Notes under the pieces: generated by a model
The model's input: the letters and a program-made list of their open reading frames with translations, nothing else
Databases searched by the model: none
What the model was told of the DNA's origin: nothing
Program-made: the position numbers and the translations under genes
Origin: Octopus sinensis
Taxonomy: Eukaryota
Assembly: GCF_006345805.1 (NCBI RefSeq)
Contig: NC_043011.1
Span: forward strand, 34,236,464-34,300,463
Direction of reading: 5' to 3'
Length of the DNA: 64,000 bases
Part shown: piece after piece, positions 48,848 to 63,138 of the stretch
How the letters are laid out: each line of letters starts with the position of its first letter
How positions within the stretch are numbered: the first letter of the stretch is position 1

Positions 48848-51439
48848 TCCTAGATATCAGTTGTCCAGGTATGAGTCATTTGATATAAGTTGTCCTAGTA
48901 TCATGTGCCCTGGCATGACCCTGATGGACCAACTGCATTCTCTAACTTCATATATTTAATTGTACTTGCAACCATGCTATCATCAACTTCATGACTGGTA
49001 CATGTTTAGAATCCACTGGTCTTAGACCTCATTTTCTCTCTCCCTCTCTCTCAGACTTCCTTCTTTTCATTCAGCAATACATGATTTTTATCTCTTACTT
49101 CTTTCAGTCATTAGACTGCGGCCATGCTGGGGCACCGTCTTCAAAAGTTTTTAGTCAAATAAAACGACCCCAGTACTTGGTTCTTTTTGGCAGGTACTTA
49201 TTCTGCCGGTCTGTTGTTGCCAAACCACCAGGTTACAGGGATGTAAACACACCAACACCAGTTGTGAAACAGTGGTGGGAGACAGACAGAGATAAGAAGA
49301 CACACATACATACAGATAAGAAGACGCACACATACGCAATGGCCCAGTGGGTAAGGCAGCAGTCTCACAGTCGTAGGATCGCAATTTCGATTCCTAGACT
49401 GGGCATAGTGAGTGTTTATTGAGCAAAAACATCTAAAGTTCCACGAGACCCCAGCAGTAAAGGGTAGGGTGGCGAACCCTGCTGTACTCTTTCACCACAA
49501 CTTTCTCTCACTCCTTCTTCCTGTTTCTTTTGTACCTGTATTTCAAAGGGCCAGCCTTGTCACATTCTGTGTCACGCTAAATCTCCCTGAGAACTACATT
49601 AAGGGTACACATGTATGTGGAGTGCTCAGCCACTTGCATGTTAATTTCATGAGCAGGCTGTTCCATTGATTGGATCAACTGGATCCCTCATCGTCATAAT
49701 TGACGGAGTGCCAAAGAAGAATATATATATATGTATGCATGTATTTGTATGTTTATTTACTCTCTTTACTCTTTTACTCTTTTACTTGTTTCAGTCATTT
49801 GACTGCAGCCATGCTGGAGCACCGCCTTTAATCGAGCAACTCAACCCCGAGATTTATTCTTTTGTAAGCCCAGTACTTATTCTATCGGTCTCTTTTGCCG
49901 AACCGCTAAGTAACGGGGACATAAACACACCAGCATCGGTTGTCAAGCAATGCTAGGGGGACAAACACACTCACACAAACACACACATGCATATATATAT
50001 ATATACATATATACGATGGGCTTCTTTCAGTTTCCGTCAACCAAATCCACTCACAAGGCTTTGGTCGGCCCGAGGTTATAGTAGAAGACACTTGCTCAAG
50101 GTGCCACACAGTGGGACTGAACCCGGAACCATGTGGCTGGTAAATAAGCTACTTACCACACAGCCACTCCTGCATTGTTTGTGAATTACATATGTAATAT
50201 ATATATACAAACACACATGTATGTCATATCTTCCATTTGTTGTCTGGTTAATATATTTATACGCATATATACAACCGGCTTCTCTCAGTTTCTGTCTACC
50301 AAATCCACTCACAAGATTTTGGTCGGCCCGAAGCTATAGTAGAAGACACATGCCTGAAGTACCATGCAGTGGGACTGAACCTGGAACCATTTGGTTGGGA
50401 AGCAAGCTTCTTACCACACAGCCACACCCACGCTTTTTGATTTGATTAATTAATGAATTTATCTATTATAATCCTTGTTTTGTTTCCACTTCCTTGTCAG
50501 ATTTGAATTGAACTAATAATTCTATTTATCTATTAATATTTTCTGTTTACAAAACAAGATTAAAGTTGTCCATGTGAATCACCTCAGCCCTTTTCATTCA
50601 TATCAGTCTAGTCTTCTTATCATATCTGATTGTCATTTATGAATACATACATACATACATACATACATACATGGAGGCACATGGCCTAGTGGTTAGAGCA
50701 GCGGACTCGCGGTTGAGGGATCGCTGGTTCGGATCTCAGACCGGATGATGTGTGTATTTATGAACGAAACACCTAAGCTCCACGCGGCTCCGACAGAAGG
50801 TAATGGCGAACTTTTGCTGACTCTTTCGCCACAACTTTCTTTCACTCTTTCACTCTTTTCTCCTGCATCTTGCAGCTCACCCACAACGGACCGGCGTCTT
50901 GTCCAGCTGGGGAACCTATACGCCAAGGAAACCGGGAAATCAGCCCTTATGAGCCAGGCATGGCTCGAGAAAGAACAAATATAAAAAAAAAATCCATACA
51001 TACACATATGCGCACGTGTGAACACACACATACTTGTATACACAGGCGTATATACATGTAAACGTAAGTGCATACATCCATATGTTTATCCATAAATACT
51101 ATATACTGGCACTGGGTCAGTTACGATGACGAGAGTTCCAGTTGATCCGATAAATGGAACAATTTGCTGATGAAATCAATGTGCAAGTGACTGAGCATTC
51201 CACAGACACGTGTACCCTTAATGTAGTTCCCAGGGAGATTTAGTGCGACACAGAGGGTGACAAGGCTGGCCCTTTGAAATACAGGCACTACTCACTTTTT
51301 TTCAGCTGACAACCGGTACATGTGTCTGAGGAGTGCTCAGTTCATTTCACAATCAGGCTGTTCTACTGGTCGGATTAACTAGAATGCTCATCGTCATAAC
51401 CAACAGAGTACCAATTAGTTATTATCATCAAGAGGTCCA

Positions 51440-51890
51440 CCACAAGGTCTAGTCCTTGTCGCGTTGTGGTGGCTTGTATGTCTCTGTCACCCTGCAAACA
51501 ATGCCTGTAAAGCACTAGCTCCTGCTGGGGCCTCACATGCAGGACAGATCAAAAGATAGAATCCAGATCAATATGGACCACATCTTCCAAAAGATAATTA
51601 TGGATTTGCATAGGATTAACACCTCTAACTAGGAAAAAAGCAGTTACAGAAACATTAATGACTGTCCAGAGCCAACAAGGTCTGGGAGAGGAAGGCCTTC
51701 CTTCAGAGAAACATATGACACAGTGCCGCAAAATCTAAAAGGAAACAGTAGGAAGTAAGATACTGAACAAGATTTGGAAAATCAGGGCTTCAACTAGAGA
51801 GGAACAGAAAAGACAGTCCAAAGTTGAGAACGGTTGAGAAATGTTGTCGATGGCCTGTGCGCCAGAAGGAGCGAAGAGCTTAAGGAAGGA
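51440..51890 (+). mobile_element. Degenerate internally deleted RTE (5' UTR plus 3' end) followed by (GGAA)n
   Basis: GCTCCTGCTGGGGCCTCACATGCAGGACAGATC 5' motif and GTCGATGGCCTGTGCGCC...TAAG 3' end. Confidence 0.5.
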
Positions 51891-52906
51891 AGGAAGGAAG
51901 GAAGGGAGGGAGGGAGGGAGGAAGGAAGGAAGGAAGGGAGGGAGGGAGGAAGGAAGGACGGAAGGAAGGAAGGATGGAAGGAAGGAAGTATGTAAGCTAC
52001 AAGGGCTAACGGAGATGCATTTGAGAGAGGCAATTACCGAGGTATCAAATTATTGAACCAGGTCATGAATATTACGGAAAGAGATAGCACAATTGATTCA
52101 GAGCCTAAATATGATGCCATTCTATTTTGTGCCAGGAAGTGGTTTTATTAATATTATTTTCCTAGTGAAATAATTACAGAAGTGCATAGCTAAGTGAAAG
52201 CCTTATGCATAACAGTCGTTGATATGGAGAAGGGCTTCAGCAGAATTCCACACCCTGTAATCTGATGGTCGGTAAGAAAACTAAAGAGTGATTACTGGCT
52301 TATGCAGACCAGGCAGAGTCAAAAAGCTGAGAGTCTACAATAAGTTTAGTAATAAATTAACATGCTCTAGGCAATAACAGAGAAGTTTAAGTTTGGTTGT
52401 CCGTGGGAACACTTGTATATTAGTTATGTTCTTATAGCAGAACAATAGATTTGGAGAAAAAATTCCAGGCATGAAATAGCTTGCTTTCTCAAACACACGC
52501 ATACTAATCCTTTCTCCCCTTACTTTCACTCAGTCATTAGTAATTCTTCTAATCACCTATTCATGCACATTTACGCTGATAAGCTGAAGCAAAGTATGCT
52601 GTATCAGTTAATAAAAGCCTAGTAGTTTGTGAACACAACTGTCCAATCTTCACTTAACTTCCACAGAACCATAGAAAAACAGTAGTTTTACAATCTCATT
52701 TCCACTCCTCCCTCATTCTCCCTTTCATTTAATCAGCGGTTAGATTTTTAAAATCTTTTTCTGAATAAAATAACCTCTTTACATATGTAATTTATGTTTA
52801 TCTTTGCTAACATAGATTATAAACTCATAAACATTTTGACTCAACAAACATACACAAACAATACACACCCACGTATATGTGTATAGGGGTGGGGAGTAAT
52901 TTTCTA

Positions 52907-54175
52907 TTAGGTTGTCAAGTATGAAATTTGTAGTAAGGTATATGGTAAACTTTGACAGCTGCTTATTTTGCGCCATTATTATATTTTGACAAACTTTATT
53001 TTTTGTTTATTTTTTGTTAGAAAGCTGACACATCTATTTCTTTATTCTAACTCATTTTGCACTTTATAAAGTATTAATAAATTGTTTTTCGCTGTCTTTG
53101 TTTAGAGATGGATAAGTCGGAAATTCGTACAATTTTGAAATATGAGTTCTTTCTTGGAAATACAGCATCACAGACAGCTCAGAATATTAATGGAGTATTT
53201 TATTCTAATGTTATTACACTGCAAGGAATATCAAACTGGTTTGCAAAATTTCATTCTGGTAACTTTGACCTCAGAAATGAGCAATGTGGTCGACCAGAAA
53301 CAAAGGTGGATAATGACAAACTGAAAGCCACCATCGAGTCAGATCCATCTCAAAGTGCCTGTGAATTATTGTTACTGTTTGGTGTTAGCAAGCAAACAAT
53401 ATTGACTCACCTAGTTCAAATCGGTAAAATGAAAAAGTTGGATAAGTGGGTTCCACATGAATTCAATGAAAATCAGAAACTGCAACGTATGCTACTTTCT
53501 CGTCACAAAATTTGAATCAGTTTTGAATCATATTGTAACGTGTGATGAGAAATGGATCCAATACAACAACCGTAAACGTTCAGCACAATGGTTGGACAAA
53601 GATGAGCCACCAAAACACAGTCCAAAAAGCAAAATTCATCAAAAGAAGCTGATAGTGTGTGTTTGGTGGTCTGGTGCAGGTGTGATCCATTATGATTTCA
53701 TTAAACCTGGCTCATCAATCACAGCCAAAGTATACTGCCACCAACTGGACCAAATGATGCAGAAACTTACAAAAAAAAAAACCCAGCTTAGATTAGACAA
53801 CAGATCCAGCTCTATTTTATTGCAAGACAAGGCCAGACCACACATCGCAAAAATGACATAGGTGAAATTACAGGTGTTGGAGTTGGAAGGTCTCCATCAT
53901 CCACCACAGACAACCACTCCTTCCAGAATTTGGATAACCTTTTAATAGGAAAAACAAAACAATTCCGACAATGCTGTAAAACAAGCCTTCAAAGATTTTA
54001 TTTACTCTAGATTTCCAGGCTTTTACAGTTCCGGGCTGGACAAGCTACCGCTGAAATAGCAAAAGCGTATTGACAATATGGGTGCATACTTTGATGAATA
54101 AAACTATTCCTTGTATTTATGAAACATTAGCAAACTTGTTTTTCTTTTCTGCAAATTTCATACTTGACGTCCTAA
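52907..54175 (+). mobile_element. Near full-length mariner transposon (1269 bp)
   Basis: 24-bp TIRs TTAGG(TT/AC)GTCAAGTATGAAATTTG, each flanked by TA; transposase inside. Confidence 0.95.
53108..54101 (+). pseudogene. Mariner (Hsmar1/SETMAR-like) transposase pseudogene
   Basis: LDKWVPHEF, IVTCDEKW, LLQDKARPH; frameshift near 53480-53515, stop at ~53860, deletion through the YSPDLAPSD region; ends GAYFDE*. Confidence 0.92.
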
Positions 54176-55283
54176 TATGACACTTTCTACAACATAATAT
54201 TCTATACAGTTTTTTAAAATAAACAAAAACAAAAAAAAAACAAGGCAGCATATATGTACATTTTCACAAAAATTTTATTCCAGTGACTTAGATAAAAGTA
54301 CCAAAATACAAATATATATCCTGAAACATATTTACGTAAATTTTTGCCATGATGTAAATTAGTAAGTTGGATTCTCTTACTATTTCAAAACCTGTATTTA
54401 CAACCTCGACATGTGTAATTTGTATACCAATACGATCTGAAGAGGTCTATTTTCTGTTAATATGCAGGAAATATAAGAGGTTGGAAATTAAACAAAGACT
54501 AATTTTTGAAATTTCTACACCTTTTGTACTGTTGTTTTTTGTGCTAGCTTGCTAACATTTTCTACAACATAATATTCTATAAGCTTTTTATAGCAAGACA
54601 ACATACATGCACATTTCCACAAAACCTTATTCCATTGATTTGGTTAAAACATGAAAATACGCATACATATTTTCAAACACATTTATGTAAATTGTGCTCT
54701 GATTGGTGTGTTTCACTAAAAACTGCTATATTTATTATTGAGTTCTATCATATATCAATCCCATGATATGTAACTATTATGCCAACAATATTCTGTTGAC
54801 AAATGGGAAATAAAAGGAAAAGGTGTATATATATATATATAACTCATTGTTGTTACATTGAAGACCAATTCTTAAACTTTTTGCACCTTTTCCATTGTTG
54901 CTTTTCACACATGAGAACTCTTTTGCCTGTTGCTATAGTAACAGTCTTTTAAAAGTCTGTGAGGAAGTATGTACTGAAAGCAGTCTTGTTTACATGTTTC
55001 CGCTGCTCTAACCACTGGGCCATTGCACCTCCTATATAACTGTATAGGGTACAATTATACTTAAGCTATTAGGTGCTAGTATAGTACGCGGTTTACCACG
55101 TTGTCAAGGGTTATCTACCTTAAACGTTCAGTTAATAAAGGAAACCATTTTTTCCATTATATGGACATTGTAACAACAAATTAAACTGGAAGCTGAACCT
55201 GGGTGAGATTTTAGAACTAATATTTTTCTTTGTCATGGATATACCTATGATTACAGCAGTGACTCTAACAGGAACACCTGAAA

Positions 55284-55741
55284 ATGTGCCGCAAATTATG
55301 CGGAGCCATAGTTTATCATGTACGACGAGGGAAGGTGGGTAGAACAAACGATAACCCCATTCAGATCGATGAAGCAAGATTTGTTGGTCGACGAAGATAC
55401 AATCCTGGAAGAATGCTGTATGGCGACAACGCTCCTCTCTTCGAAGGCAGTGATGCAGAACAACGAAACAACAGGAACCATGGATGTAGAATTAATGGGC
55501 CGTGGGTTTTTGGTCTCAAACAAGGTTCAGACTGTCGATACTTTTGTGTGGAACGGCGTGACTGGAACAGTCTGATACAAATTATTGAAAGAGAATGTGA
55601 AAATGTTCAGTTATTCATTGAGATGAGTGGTCTGCTTACAATAATATAAATGCCATAAGTTATCACAATCTGACAGTGAACCATCAACGACTTTATCTGG
55701 ATCCAGTGACCGGAGCACACACTCAGGCCATTGAGTGATCA
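55284..55741 (+). pseudogene. Merlin (IS1016/ISXO2-like) DDE transposase remnant
   Basis: IQIDEARFVGRRRYNPGR, WVFGL, VERRD, then DEWSAY, LTVNH and DPVTGAHTQAIE after a frameshift. Confidence 0.85.
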
Positions 55742-55749
55742 GAGTTAGA

Positions 55750-56160
55750 GGATCTTTTCGGTTTGAACGGCAGTTTTTAACATAATTTCTAGGTAACTAA
55801 AAAATTTTAAACTTCGTATACTGGTAGAATGTGTTTATAAAACATCTTTTTCTTTTGGCTTTATTGGGAAAATTCTATAGTTTGTAAGATATTTGTTGTT
55901 TTTTTTCTTCAATTTCTGCAATTTCTGCCAATCAGTGACGTCTATTGAAGTAAAAAGCATTCTGTGCCGTATGAATATGTCCTTCGTTTAAGAAACAGAT
56001 TGGGTTTATTTACATTTGTGAAGAAAAAAAAGATACCCTTCCCCCACCCCTAACCCTAAAAGGGATTGAAATGCAATAGATCGATTCTAGGGTCATAATT
56101 ATGGGTGACAATTTCATATGACACCGCTAGAAAAAACAGCCGTTCAAACCGAAAAGATCC
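55750..56160 (+). mobile_element. 411-bp MITE with 8-bp TSD GAGTTAGA
   Basis: TIR GGATCTTTTCGGTTTGAACGGC at both ends; TSD at 55742-55749 and 56161-56168. Confidence 0.92.
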
Positions 56161-57088
56161 GAGTTAGATGCTAACATTAAAATTCTAAAAAAAAAAAAAA
56201 TGATCTCTGAAGTATCTGAAGTTTTTTTTATCTGAAATAACTGGAAATATCTGAAAGAAAAGGTAGATAACCCGTGGTAGACCGCACACTATACAAGTAC
56301 CAGTTATTATGCTTATATGCTGAAAGAACACACCGAATACGACCTCTTCCTTCAAATATTCACTTCACAAATAATTACGCAGGTTGAAATGCACTCCTGT
56401 TGAGGTGGACTGCGAAATCTGATGTGTATATATTTGTGAATATTTATATGTACTGGCATTTTGCGTATGCTTTTCTGACGGTATACTCCTTTACTTGTTT
56501 CAGTCATTTGACTGCGGCCATGCTGGAGCACCACCTTTAGTCGAGCAAATCGACCTCAGTACTTATTCTAGCGGTCTCTTTTTGCCGAACCGCTAAGTGA
56601 CAGGGACTTAAACACACCAGTATCGGTTGTCAAGCAATGCTAGGGGGACAAACACAGACACACAAACGCACACACATATATATATACATATATACGACGG
56701 GCTTCTTTCAGCCTCCGTCTACCAAATCCACTCACAAGGTATTGGTTTGCCCGGGGCTATAGCAGAAGACACTTGCCCAAGATGCCACGCAGTGGGATGG
56801 ACCCGGAACCATGTGGTTGGTTAGCAAGCTACTTACCACACAGCCATAGATATTTTCATTTATTTCGGCCAGTGTGTTTTGCTAATGAAGGAAAAGTTAC
56901 CAAACTAATCCAGAAATTGATCAATCCAAAGCTATCTGAATTATTTTATGAATTTTTAGCCTGTCTGCTTTCCCCCTTTTCAACCTGTGTAATTATAGAG
57001 TGAATATTTTGAAGTGGTAGGACGTATTCGGAATGTTTTTTCAGCATATACGCATAATAGCTTTTGTATAACTGTACCCTATACAATT

Positions 57089-57149
<61 letters not shown>

Positions 57150-57464
57150 TGCACACACACACACACATATGCATTCATATGATTGAAGCACTTAACACCT
57201 GATTTCTCCAATAACTTGAGTGCCTCTCCTTCTACTCTCTTGTAGACCCAGATTTGACCAGTCACTGAATGTCCTGCGTATGTCACACAACAGCGTCTTC
57301 TTCGCCTTGTCTCATTCACTTTGGGAAGATGATGAAACGCAAATACAACTTTAGTGGGATTTGAACTCAGAGCGTTAAAGGACATAACTAGATATCCCAA
57401 AGCATTACATCCGAAGCCCTACAAATTTTGTCATCCACTACTAACGGTTATTATTACATTCCCG

Positions 57465-57876
57465 GGATCTTTTCGGTTTGAACGGCAGTTTTTTTAAAAT
57501 AATTTCCACGTAACTAAACACTTTTAAACTTCGTATACTGGTAGAATGTGTTTATAAAACATCTTTTTCTCTTGGCTTTATAGAGAAAATTCTATAGTTT
57601 CTAAGATATTTGTTGTTTTTTTCTTCAATTTCTGCAATTTCAACCAATCAATGACGTCTATTGAGGTGAAAACATTCTGTGCCGTATGAATATGTTCCTC
57701 GTTTAAGAAACAGATTTGGTTTATTTACATTTCTGAATAAAAAAAAAAGATACCCTTCCCCCACCCCTAACCCTAAAACAGATTGAAATGCAATAGATCG
57801 ATACTAGGATCATAATTATGGGTGACAATTTTATATGACACTGCTAGAAAAACTGCCGTTCAAACCGAAAAGATCC
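57465..57876 (+). mobile_element. 412-bp MITE with 8-bp TSD CATTCCCG
   Basis: Same family as 55750-56160; TSD at 57457-57464 and 57877-57884. Confidence 0.92.
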
Positions 57877-58975
57877 CATTCCCGGGTTAATTTAGCCGAG
57901 GTCGACTTTGCCTTTCATCATAGTCGATAAAATAAATACCTGTCGATGTACTTGACTTCCACCCATACCCGAAATTGATGGTCTCGCGCCAAAATTTAAA
58001 AACCGTTATTACATTCAGAGTAAGGTGGCGAACTGGCCGAATCATTAGCACGCCAGACAAAATGATTAACGGCATTACGTTCTGAGTTCAAGTTCCGCCG
58101 AGGTCGACATGTCTTTTCTTTTTCTTTTCGGGACGATATAATAAAGTGTCAGTTGAGCATTGGAGTCGATGATATTGTGTTATCGACAAGCCTCCTCCCC
58201 AAAATTTCAAGACTTGTGCCTGTTGTAGAAAGGATCGTTATTTTGTCTTTATAAATACGATCCGTTTTGACTACCTTACAGTCGTCGCTGTCAGTCTTTC
58301 AGCGGTCCGTTTCCTTGGTTCTGTGGCGATGAGGGAGTGGAGAATCTGCAAAGATAGATATGTCCCTTTCTTATATCCGTTCCGTTCTTCGCATCGATTC
58401 ATCCTTCGACGCGTGCTGTGTGCAGTAGCGTTACCGTTTACTTGCTTTAATCATTGGACTGCAGTCAGGCTTAGGCACCGCTTTGAACGATTTAGTCAAA
58501 GAAATTGGCCTTAGTACTTATTTCGCTTTGTTCATTTTCTTTTAATCTCTATTTCCGAACCGCAAAATTACGTGAACATAAAATAAAACTTGGTTAGAGT
58601 TATCTCCACTCTAGTTATTTTTTTAGAATTATCTCCCATGTATTGTTACCATCAGCAATATTTTTTCTTTCTTTTTTTAATGTTAATTTGGTCTGTATTC
58701 TTCCCACTACTATACAAGCCAATTAAATATCATGCGTTCATAAGTTCACATATAAAATATCACAAATCATTTCTTCATATTTATATTTATTTACTTCTTT
58801 TTGTTTAATCCAAATTCATCCCTTAATAGAGCAATCCCATATATTATGTAAATGAACTATATTTTGTAAAAGAACGCAAATTTCAGGAATAAAAATAATC
58901 TGTTTAATATACCTCAGCACTACACTGGTCCTTAATTTTATCGATACCGGGGATATAAGAGTATATGCAGCAATC

Positions 58976-59026
<51 letters not shown>

Positions 59027-60169
59027 TTCTTTATCTTTCTTTACTACCCACAAGGGGCTCAACACAGGGAGGACAAACAATGACAGACAAACAGATTAAG
59101 TCGATTATATCGACCCCAGTACGTAACTGGTACTTATTTAATCGACCCCGAAAGGATGAAAGGCAAAGTCGACCTCGGCGGAATTTGAACTCAGAACGTA
59201 GCGGCAGACGAAATACCGATAAGCATTTCGCCCGGCGTGCTAACGATTCTGCCAGCTTGCCGATATATATATATCGTCACGCCTCCTTCCTTCAAACAGG
59301 AAGGAAGAGCTATTTTCATCATCCTTATGGCTATGGCGAAAGAATGTATCTGGTGAACGCGTCTGAAAGGATTAGAGACAAACACTTTCCTCTCTTGTCA
59401 ATCTCTCATCAACTTCTTCAAGTATCACATGAAAAGGAAAGTGAGAGTAGAGAGGCAAGGTTTGTCTAGCGAATGTTTCAAAGAAAGATGGCTGAATGTA
59501 GCAAGGATGGCACGTATTAATGACGAAGCTACCTTGAGCATAATCCTATGAATCCGGAAAAATTTAAAAGAGAGTTACTTGCAAATAAATGTGTTAACAT
59601 GTAACATTAATGACCAAGGTTACCGTGGTCTTTTCCGTAGGCTTTTCTTTCCATGGATAAACCTTATCTGCTTCCCCCTTTGCACTTTACATCATGACAT
59701 TTCTGTGATACACAATCCCTATTGATCGTTTTTCTTTTTTTTTTTCCTTTCTACGATCCCTTTTGATCGACCCCCCCCCCCAAGAAAAGCTTTACTTTGT
59801 AACTTGTCCCGTCTGTCTCCAGCCCTGTGTGGCTAATAAAGAAACATATATATAATTTAATAATTAGGGTGAATAGAGATTTATATATCCAGTTTTATTC
59901 TGCAATCAATCACATCTTTCCATTGCTCCACCTACATATGTTTCTGCTGCAACTCAGTGCACACTGTAAAATATTGCATCTTGGTATGCGTTTTAATGTT
60001 AATTGCAACTTCTTCAGGGTGCTATTAACTGCATTTCAGATCCCATTTGAACTAAATACAAGTTCAACCAAAATATTTCATACACACGGCATCTTTTGCC
60101 GAACTGCTAAGTTACAGGGACATAAACACACCAACACCAATTATCAAGAGAAAGTTAACATATGTCACA

Positions 60170-60700
60170 GGTAACTTTGTAAATCTCATTAAAAAAACTT
60201 GCTGAAGAATGTAGTGCAGAAGTAAGTCAGTGGCTTAAACAAAGAGTTAATTTCCTATCTGATACCATATAAAATGAAATCTTAGAGGCATATGCTCATA
60301 ACACCTTATATGAGATTTTTAAAAATGCTTGAAGATTTCATGTTTATTGGTAATATATGTGATTTCTTTGGAATGGAACACGAATCAGTTATTGTTGTTA
60401 TGTTTCTGAAAACCAGGATGTCCATGAAGATTTTTTCCTGACTACACTTCGGAGACACTAACAAAAGTTATTCTGGATGTCTTTTGCTACCAAAACATTG
60501 AGCTGGGATCAAAATTATGCTGCAACATCATCTAATAGTGCTGTAATGCTTGTACATAAAATCTTGTGTAGTGAAAAGACTTTTGATATTCTCTTGGAAA
60601 ACTTCACTGCCAAACCAAGTGAGTATAGAAAAAAGTTTTGGAGTGATTTGAAGCATTGCTTTTCCAGGCAATCACTCAGATTAAGTTTTAGAACTGTCGC
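60170..60700 (+). pseudogene. hAT-type (ZMYM1/DUF4371-like) transposase remnant
   Basis: GNFVNLIKK/LAEE...FLSDTI*NEILEAYA...YVSENQDVHEDFF follows the GNFxxLL...SxxIQNELI...RYV...ExF pattern. Confidence 0.55.
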
Positions 60701-60804
60701 TTTCATTTGTTAGTTTCCATGTCAAAGTAGAAGAGGAAGCTAATGGGTGTGTGTGTGTGTGTGTGCATGTTCTGTTTTATGTATTTGTATTCACTCACAC
60801 ACAC

Positions 60805-60906
60805 GATAACAAAAATAGTGTCACATTTTAAACTTTGAGAAAAGCCTTGCATTATAAATATGCAAGGCATTTCTCAAGTTTAAAATGCAACACTGTTTTT
60901 GTTATC
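60805..60906. repeat. ~100-bp imperfect palindrome
   Basis: GATAACAAAAATAGTG...GCCTTGCAT, loop TATAAAT, ATGCAAGGC...CACTGTTTTTGTTATC. Confidence 0.75.
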
Positions 60907-62054
60907 ATGCATGTGTGTCAGTAGCATTAATGAAGCTGTTATGCATCAATTTAATGTGTTAAACTTATCTTTATTAATGTATATCGAATTATACATAGAT
61001 ATATACAAGATCTGTTATACACGTACATACATAAATACACACACGTCTTCTGCCACTCCTCTTCCACCCTGATACAAGTGTTTACAGTTGCCAACATGTG
61101 CTTTCAAATCGTGTTTTCTGGGTGGATAAAGTTTAAAATGGAAAGTAATGAATGAAAATGACAATTCTGAGACTCAATCTGAGTATAATAACAGAAAATA
61201 TCATTATGCCTGTGCTTATTTTGATATTAAGATTGAAAAAAAAAAAAAAAATCAGCCTTGTTTGTAAAAAATTTTAGACCTGAGTTTGCACCCCCTAAGC
61301 AAATTTTGTTCCTGGGCCATTGGTTGGGACTGAGCTCGGCTTGAACCACATGGTTGGAAAACAAATTCTCTCAACACAGCCATGCCAAATATTGAATGAC
61401 AATAGGGGTCTGCAAGAATGAAATAGTAATCAAGGGGTTCATAGACAAGAAATGTTCTGAGAACCATTGGTTTAAACATTCAAACAAAGAGGTTTACATG
61501 TTAGATATCTTCTACGAGTCAGTTGTAAATTGAAATAGTATTGAACCAGTTAGATATGGTTTTAAAAATATTATTAAAAATAAAACACAAACACGTACAA
61601 AATTTAAACAATTATTTATTGAAATGGGAATAATAAAAAAGATTTTCATGTGTCCACAGACACATATGTATGTATGTGTTGCATGCATAAATTTCTGTTA
61701 AGTAGGTAAGGCAGTGAGCTGGCAAAATTGTTAGCTTAGCACATTTCATTCATCTTAAGTTCTGAGTTCAAAATTTTGCTGACTTTGCGTTTCATCCTTC
61801 TATAGACAATAAAATAAGTGCCAGTTAAGCACTGGGGTCGATGTAATCAATTCTCCCCATCTCCCAAAATTGCTGGACTTGTACCAAAATTTGAAATCAA
61901 TATACAGAACTAGGCACTAAAAGTTGTGTATTTTTTTCTTTTTGAGTTTTTGATAACCACCTCCTTCCTTAAATTTTTTCATTATATCTTAAAAATGCTG
62001 TGTATATTTTTATTTAGAATATCTCTGTTTGGCTTCCGCTTTTCAATTTTTAAA

Positions 62055-62462
62055 AAATAAAGAAAGGCACAGGTATGGCGGATCTAGTTAAACTAATTCA
62101 CAAAACCCTAACCCTAAAATCCTAACTCTAACACACTAACCCTAAAACCCTGAAGCTAAAACCAGTACAAACGCATGAATGATGTCATAAATAACGGTGA
62201 CAAACGAAGTATACACTGCCGGAAGTTCTTGTTGACAAACAACAGTAATTTTATTCAGCTGAATACACGTCATTGATTGGTTGAAATTACCGAATTACTA
62301 CAACTTTAACGTGAAACAACTTCCTAAATTTAAGCTTTTATCAAAAACGCCAACAGTAAAAGATGTTTTATATGACACATTCTACCAGTGTCCGAAATTT
62401 GCAAGTGTTTAGTTACAAAAAATTATTTTTTAAATCTGTCGGTCAAAAGGTAAAGATCTTAA
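62055..62462. mobile_element. MITE related to the GGATCT-TIR family with degenerate CCCTAA repeats
   Basis: Shares ATTGGTTGAAATT, AAAAGATGTTTTATA..ACACATTCTACCAGT and GTGTTTAGTTAC with 537-936. Confidence 0.55.
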
Positions 62463-62907
62463 ATATGCATACATATATAGCTGCATACACATATGCACAA
62501 ACACAAGCATACGCGTGCAGACACACTCACATACACACAAACTCTGTCTGTCTGACTTTCACTCTCACTCACTCTCTTTAATTACCTAATAAATGTGTCT
62601 TAATATGATTGCTTTACCTGTTTGAAATAACAGCTAAATTTTGCTCGAATTGTAACTTGACATCTGCAAAAAAGAAAAAGAAAAAAGATATGCTGAATAA
62701 CGAATTGAAATGAGACAGGATGGGCGTGGCTAGAACGTTTCAATCATTTCATCAGAAATAACCTGGAACAGAACAATATCACCGATGCAAACCATTGGTT
62801 TTTCCTGTATCTTCCTGCAACAAGATACATGCATACATACATACATGCACGCACAGATATATACACATACACAGACACACATATACATACATAAACACAC
62901 ATACATT

Positions 62908-62938
<31 letters not shown>

Positions 62939-63097
62939 GCACATATATATATATATATACTTTATTTTAAGCAGCAGAAAAATTCAACAAAACAGATTTT
63001 GTTGAATTTTCTGCTGCTTAAAATAAAGCATATTACTCTACCACTGGTATTTGAGTACTCTTTTTTCCACCTTGTTTCACATTTATGTGTTTACTAC

Positions 63098-63135
<38 letters not shown>

Positions 63136-63138
<3 letters not shown>

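Noticed and set aside
62100-62160. CCCTAA/TTAGGG telomere-like repeats
   Set aside because: There are only a few degenerate units, inside a MITE family (also at ~56050 and ~57770), so this is not a telomere or a true interstitial array.
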